64,000 nt of DNA from an uncultured Candidatus Brevefilum sp. GTDB taxonomy: Bacteria; Chloroflexota; Anaerolineae; Anaerolineales; Anaerolineaceae. Positions 59,064 to 64,000 of the stretch are shown here, one piece after another. Location of the stretch: positions 728 through 64,727 of the forward strand of contig CAZXRL010000001.1 in the NCBI GenBank assembly GCA_964643275.1, read 5' to 3'. Every line of letters begins with the position of its first letter. The stretch's first letter is position 1. The translations under genes were made by a program, and so were the position numbers. The notes beneath the pieces were generated by a model. That model was given only the letters and a program-made list of their open reading frames with translations, was not told where the DNA came from and did no database searches.

Positions 59064-59081
59064 TTGTGATTATATTCACAA
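59064..59081. promoter_or_regulatory. Rex- or CRP-type operator upstream of the OsmC-family gene
   Basis: TTGTGATTATATTCACAA: one mismatch to Rex TTGTGAAnnnnTTCACAA, exact match to TGTGA-N6-TCACA. Confidence 0.7.
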
Positions 59082-59193
59082 TAGATAATATACCTTTTTT
59101 TATCTATTTTGTCTATTATCAATTTGTTATAAACGATTGAGCTGATCAACCCCAGGGAGATAAATTGACAGTTGTCGAGTGGCTAACCCGCAA

Positions 59194-59946
59194 CTAATGT
59201 CCAGAATGGCAGTACTGAAAGACTGGCCCATCGAAGCACGCGAGCCAACCTTCGGGCAATGCGGGATCATACACCTGCGGTACCTCACAACTTCCGCAAA
59301 GCCCCATCCCACAACGCATATGCGCTTCCCAGGAAAGTTGATAATCCACGCCAAGCTTTTTACAAAGTCCCGCCAGAGCGGAAAGCATCCCAACCGGGCC
59401 GCAGGCATAAACGGTGTCATAGACGCCTCCCTGAAGAGCTTTTTCCACAACCTGGGTGACCCATCCCTTTTCTCCCTGGCTGCCGTCTTCAGTGGTGAGA
59501 GAGACCTTACACCCTAATGTGAGGAATTCATCGACCAGTAATAATCCGGAATTTTTTGCTGCCCCCAAACAAGTATGAACCTGGATATCAGATTTTTTTG
59601 CAAGTTTTGTTAATGCAAATAATGGTGCAACACCATACCCCCCGCCCACCAGCAACGGGGCTCTTCCTTTCAAAGAGAACCCCTGCCCCAGAGGGCCTTT
59701 GATCCAGACCCGGTCGCCCGGAGACAACTTTGAGAGTGCATGGCTAAAGGGACCGACATCCACAACGAGCAAACAAAAGGGATCAATCGAAGCAATACTA
59801 TAGGGTTTTTCACCCACCCCGGGCAGCCAGACCATCACAAATTGCCCAGGCTCAGCCTCAGGAGAATCACCAAATTCGATCCAACAAGTGGATTCGTTGA
59901 GCTTTTTAATTACTTTGATCTTATGGATATTAAAATCTGCCCTCAT
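59194..59946 (-). CDS. pyrK: dihydroorotate dehydrogenase electron transfer subunit
   Basis: PGQFVMVW, GGGYGVAP, YACGP, MRCGMGLCGSC...C.DGPVF. Confidence 0.92.
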   Translation of the reverse strand: MRADFNIHKIKVIKKLNESTCWIEFGDSPEAEPGQFVMVWLPGVGEKPYSIASIDPFCLLVVDVGPFSHALSKLSPGDRVWIKGPLGQGFSLKGRAPLLVGGGYGVAPLFALTKLAKKSDIQVHTCLGAAKNSGLLLVDEFLTLGCKVSLTTEDGSQGEKGWVTQVVEKALQGGVYDTVYACGPVGMLSALAGLCKKLGVDYQLSWEAHMRCGMGLCGSCEVPQVYDPALPEGWLACFDGPVFQYCHSGH

Positions 59947-60863
59947 TTACCCACCCCCTTGCCGATCAGGCCCTGAATATCTGGGATGCCATTCTCCTGC
60001 AGGTAGACCTCCATCTCATCCAAGATCAAGGAAATTGCATCCTGGCCTCGATACCAGAAAGCTGAGCCCACACCAACGCCCGTCGCGCCGGCCAGCACCA
60101 TCTCAATCGCATCCCTGCCGGTTATCACACCTCCCGTACCAATGATCGGCACATCAACAGCCCGGGCGATCTCCCCCACGCATCGCAATGCGATGGGTTT
60201 GAGTGCCGGCCCAGAAATCCCCCCGATCCGGTTATGAAGCACCGCGCTGTGAGCGTCAGCGTCAATAATCATCCCGGGCATCGTATTGATGGCTGTGATG
60301 ACATCGGCCCCGGCACCGACAACCGCTTCTGCGATTCTCCCAAGATTAGGAACATTTGGTGCAAGTTTCACAGCGATGGGAATCCTCCCCACACGTGCTT
60401 TGACGGTGGATGTGACCTCTGCGGCGCTTTCAGGCGCAGCAGCAAACGGCGTTCCATAATCATCATGGACATTGGGACATGAAATATTGACTTCAATCAG
60501 GTCGGGTTTGGCCCTCAGAATGGCTTCGGCAACCATCCCGAATTCCTCAACCGTTCCGGCAAAGATACTGGCAAACAGCGGGACACCCATCTCGTCAAGG
60601 GCTTTTTTCGCTTCCTGAAAAAGCGGGACCTCTTCGTCAACACCAGGATTCGTCAAACCAATGGCGTTGAGCAACCCATGATCCCATTCCACCATCACAG
60701 GGTTGGGATGCCCATCCCGTTTGTGAAGTCCGCAGCTCTTGGCAGTCACAGCGCCTGCTCCTGATAGCGCAACCCGCTTCAACAAAGTCGGACTAATACC
60801 CATGACGCCCGACGCCAGGATCAGGGGATTTCGCAGCGATATCTCTCCCAACTTAACTTGCAT
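59943..60863 (-). CDS. pyrD: dihydroorotate dehydrogenase, family 1B catalytic subunit
   Basis: NAIGLTNPG, EVNISCPN, VKLAPN, GGISGPALKP. Confidence 0.95.
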   Translation of the reverse strand: MQVKLGEISLRNPLILASGVMGISPTLLKRVALSGAGAVTAKSCGLHKRDGHPNPVMVEWDHGLLNAIGLTNPGVDEEVPLFQEAKKALDEMGVPLFASIFAGTVEEFGMVAEAILRAKPDLIEVNISCPNVHDDYGTPFAAAPESAAEVTSTVKARVGRIPIAVKLAPNVPNLGRIAEAVVGAGADVITAINTMPGMIIDADAHSAVLHNRIGGISGPALKPIALRCVGEIARAVDVPIIGTGGVITGRDAIEMVLAGATGVGVGSAFWYRGQDAISLILDEMEVYLQENGIPDIQGLIGKGVGK

Positions 60864-61098
60864 GATTACCTCAAAGATAAATCCAGATGAAGAACTATCT
60901 GTTACATCTCATCTGGTGTAAAATTAATTCATTCCCAAATTGACAACAATCTCCCTGATTTTAACATTATTTGAATTCTAATTGACAGGAACCAACATTA
61001 AAATACCTTACGCAATAAGACTTTGACATCCTGACCTCTATCGGTACACTTAACTGGGGTGAAACACAACTATACATGAATATGTTTTTGGAGAGAAA

Positions 61099-63837
61099 AT
61101 GGGCAACAACAAAAAATGGCATAATCTAACACGACAAGAAGTATTTGAGAAACTGAAGACACGCTACGAGGGGTTAACTGTACCTGAAGCCGAAGCCCGG
61201 CTGGATGAATATGGATTCAATGAAATTGAACACGAAAAGAAGATTAGCAAACTGGAGATCCTGTTTGCCCAGATCAAGAATCCCCTGGTTTACGTTCTCC
61301 TCGGCGCGGCTGCGATCTCACTTCTCGCTGGAAAAACCATCGACGCTATTGTGATTGGGGTCGTTATCATCCTCAACACAATTATCGGATTTGTACAGGA
61401 ATATCAGGCAGAATCCGCTCTCGAAGCGCTGATGGCTCAAGCCGCACCGGAAGCTCAGGTTGTTCGAAAACCTGAGGATTATGAAGACTATATGGAAATG
61501 AGCCTTCCAGCGTCCTATATTGTCCCTGGCGACGTTATCCTTCTGGATGAAGGTGCCCGCGTACCCGCGGATGCTCGAATCATAGAGGCTTTCAACCTCG
61601 AAGTTGACGAAGCGATGCTCACCGGGGAGAGCTTCAGCGTCCAAAAGAAAGTCGAAGCAATTGATGGCGAGCAGTCTGTTGCAGACCGCACCAACCTGGT
61701 TTATGGCGGGACCGCAATTACCCGCGGCCGCGGTCGGGCTGTGGTTTATGCAACAGGCAAAAACACCCAGATGGGAGAGATCGCAACTCTTATCCAGGAA
61801 ACCGAAAAAGTCACCTCACCCCTGCAAAAACAAACTTCCGATTTGGGAAAAAAGCTGGGATTTCTGGCCTTTGGCGTCGCAGCATTAACCGTCATCATCG
61901 GTCTGATCATCTCAATGGATTTGCAGGAGATCTTTCTCTATGCCTTGGCATCGGCCGTGTCCTCCATTCCAGAAGGACTCCCCGCAGTCATGAGCATCAC
62001 CCTCGCGATTGGAGTCAACCGGATGGCAAAACGTAATGCCATCATCAGGAGACTGCCAGCGGTTGATACACTCGGGGCAGCCAGTGTGATCTGCACAGAT
62101 AAAACCGGCACTTTGACAACGAATAAAATGTCTGTGGAAGAAATCTATGCCGGTGATAAGACCGTCACGATCACAGGTTTTGGTTATCAGCCAACCGGTG
62201 AATTCAAGTATCAGGATAAACCGTTCGACCCCTGTGAAGACCCTGACATTCGTATGAATCTGAAGATTGGGACCTTATGCAATAATGCACGGCTTGTCCA
62301 GTATAAAAACGATAAGGATTCCTGGGATATTCGTGGGGATCCCACTGAAGCTGCACTTGTCGTTGCTGCCGCCAAAGCTGGGTTCCACAAAGAGACGATG
62401 GAGAAAAAATTCCACCGCCTGGATGAAATCCCATTCAGTTCAACAGCCAAGTATATGGCCACCTTTAACCGGGGTGAGGATGACAAAATTTGGCTCTATG
62501 TCAAAGGTGCACCGGAAAAAATTCTCTCCTGTTCAAAGTACGTCCAGAAGAATGGCGAGATTCAGGAACTAACAGACAAAGAACGGGCCAAAATCCTCAG
62601 CACCAACAATCAGATGGCCGATAAAGCTCTCCGGGTTTTGGGGCTCGCTTATAAAACGATTTCAGAAGAGGATATTCAGAAGGAAAAAGAAGCCTGTGAA
62701 TATGAGCGCGGTGCTGAACTGGTCTTTGTTGGACTTTCCGGGATGATGGATCCTCCCCGGCCGGAGGTTCCGGAGGCTGTTCAACGCTGCAAGGATGCTG
62801 GGATCAGGGTCATCATGGCAACCGGCGATCATAAAATCACCGCGCACGCCATCGCCAGGGAGGTCGGCATCATTGAAGAGGACAGCCGGGTGATCACTGG
62901 CCCGGAACTCGAAAATATGGAGGAGGATGAACTGGCTGAAGCCCTGGATGACGTCTCGGTTTTTGCTCGAGTCGCACCCAATCACAAACATCGTTTGGTA
63001 GGGGCATTACAAAACAAGGGGTATGTCGTTGCCATGACCGGGGACGGCGTCAATGACGCACCTGCACTACAAGCCGCTGAGATTGGGATTGCCATGGGGA
63101 TCACCGGCACGGATGTGACCAAAGAAACTGCTGAAATGATCCTCACAGATGATAATTTTGCCAGTATTGTAAATGCGGTTGAAGAAGGCAGGATCGTTTT
63201 CAAGAATGTCCGTAAAGTTGTGAAGTTCCTTCTCGCTACAAATATTGGTGAGGACCTGACCTTATTAAGTGCGTTGGTCATCTTTGGGGCAACAGGATTG
63301 ATCATCACCCCAGTGCAGATTCTGTGGGTTAATCTCGTCACGGATGGAATCCTCGATATTACCCTGGCCATGGAACCAAAAGAAGAAGACGTGATGGCGG
63401 AGCCGCCGCGCAAACGTAACGCGAGAATCATCAATCTGGAAATATTATTCAATATCCTGATTGTTTCAATCGTTATGGCAACAGGGACACTCTTCATGTT
63501 CCAGCGGGTAAATTCCGGTGGAGAGATCTTCTCACAAACCATCGTATTCACAACTCTGGCGATGTTCCAGGTCTTTAACGCTCTGAACTGCCGCTCACGC
63601 ACCCGGTCATTCTTTACACTGGGCTTCTTCAAAAATCCCTATCTCCTGATCGCCATTGCTGCATCCATACTCTTGCAACTCGCGGCAATTTACGTACCCT
63701 TCATGCAAAACATCCTCGGCACCGCCCCTCTTGCCCTCAAAGATATCGGGTTGATCGTACTGGTCACCAGCAGCATTTTCTTCGTTGATGAAATCCGCAA
63801 GCTCATCCAGCGAAAAATCGAAGCCAGGAGAAAATAA
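61099..63837 (+). CDS. cation-transporting P-type ATPase (type IIA, Ca2+-like)
   Basis: TGES, IPEGLP, DKTGTLT, KGAPE, MTGDGVNDAPAL, QILWVNLVTD. Confidence 0.95.
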   Translation: MGNNKKWHNLTRQEVFEKLKTRYEGLTVPEAEARLDEYGFNEIEHEKKISKLEILFAQIKNPLVYVLLGAAAISLLAGKTIDAIVIGVVIILNTIIGFVQEYQAESALEALMAQAAPEAQVVRKPEDYEDYMEMSLPASYIVPGDVILLDEGARVPADARIIEAFNLEVDEAMLTGESFSVQKKVEAIDGEQSVADRTNLVYGGTAITRGRGRAVVYATGKNTQMGEIATLIQETEKVTSPLQKQTSDLGKKLGFLAFGVAALTVIIGLIISMDLQEIFLYALASAVSSIPEGLPAVMSITLAIGVNRMAKRNAIIRRLPAVDTLGAASVICTDKTGTLTTNKMSVEEIYAGDKTVTITGFGYQPTGEFKYQDKPFDPCEDPDIRMNLKIGTLCNNARLVQYKNDKDSWDIRGDPTEAALVVAAAKAGFHKETMEKKFHRLDEIPFSSTAKYMATFNRGEDDKIWLYVKGAPEKILSCSKYVQKNGEIQELTDKERAKILSTNNQMADKALRVLGLAYKTISEEDIQKEKEACEYERGAELVFVGLSGMMDPPRPEVPEAVQRCKDAGIRVIMATGDHKITAHAIAREVGIIEEDSRVITGPELENMEEDELAEALDDVSVFARVAPNHKHRLVGALQNKGYVVAMTGDGVNDAPALQAAEIGIAMGITGTDVTKETAEMILTDDNFASIVNAVEEGRIVFKNVRKVVKFLLATNIGEDLTLLSALVIFGATGLIITPVQILWVNLVTDGILDITLAMEPKEEDVMAEPPRKRNARIINLEILFNILIVSIVMATGTLFMFQRVNSGGEIFSQTIVFTTLAMFQVFNALNCRSRTRSFFTLGFFKNPYLLIAIAASILLQLAAIYVPFMQNILGTAPLALKDIGLIVLVTSSIFFVDEIRKLIQRKIEARRK

Positions 63838-63845
63838 TTGATATC

Positions 63846-64000
63846 ATGAACTTGAATAGCATTATCGAGAATATTCCCCCTGCTTTTTATGGGGTTATCA
63901 TCGGCGCATTATTGACCATCATTGGTGTTCTGCTGACGAATTCCTCAAATACAAAACGCCTTCGAATTCAACACGAATTTGAACGTGAGATTCGGAACAA
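63846..64000 (+). CDS. partial hypothetical membrane protein running off the window
   Basis: MNLNSIIENIPPAFYGVIIGALLTIIGVLLTNSS..., open to the end. Confidence 0.65.
   Translation, partial: MNLNSIIENIPPAFYGVIIGALLTIIGVLLTNSSNTKRLRIQHEFEREIRN

Noticed and set aside
813-63632. Many short ORFs overlapping or antisense to the long genes (e.g. 8751-9326, 27790-28389, 44837-45232, 62982-63632)
   Set aside because: Shadow frames of well-supported genes, with no recognisable motifs.

Overview
Bacterial chromosomal window. Protein styles (lipoproteins with Pro/Thr linkers, TolB-like propellers, AmrS, ApgM, IS256 type) suggest Chloroflexota, probably Anaerolineae; this is an inference. In order, it holds: a TolB-propeller/solute-binding fusion lipoprotein; a LacI gene flanked by two copies of a likely operator; a PAS-GGDEF protein; a BMP-type nucleoside ABC transporter; a decayed IS256; an AT-rich 1053-aa OpgH/Cgs-like GT2; a nucleoside uptake and catabolism cluster with non-canonical enzymes and a stand-alone RarA/MgsA C-terminal-like protein; a divergent SorC-regulated operon (TPP-dependent dehydrogenase E1a/E1b/E2, HPr, galactitol-class PTS); housekeeping and regulatory genes; a 16-kb surface-protein locus; then garR-like, osmC-like, pyrK, pyrD and a P-type ATPase. 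The best novelty candidate is 41.2-57.4 kb. Two paralogous 'hypothetical' membrane-anchored proteins keep a sortase-like His...Cys...Arg pattern, with GFC where sortases have TLxTC. Each sits upstream of a pair of large secreted repeat proteins, and one protein of each pair ends in D-x-x-x-G-G plus a hydrophobic tail. This would be a highly divergent sortase and sorting-signal system. No rRNA, tRNA or CRISPR array was recognised. All family calls come from reading motifs by eye, not from database searches.
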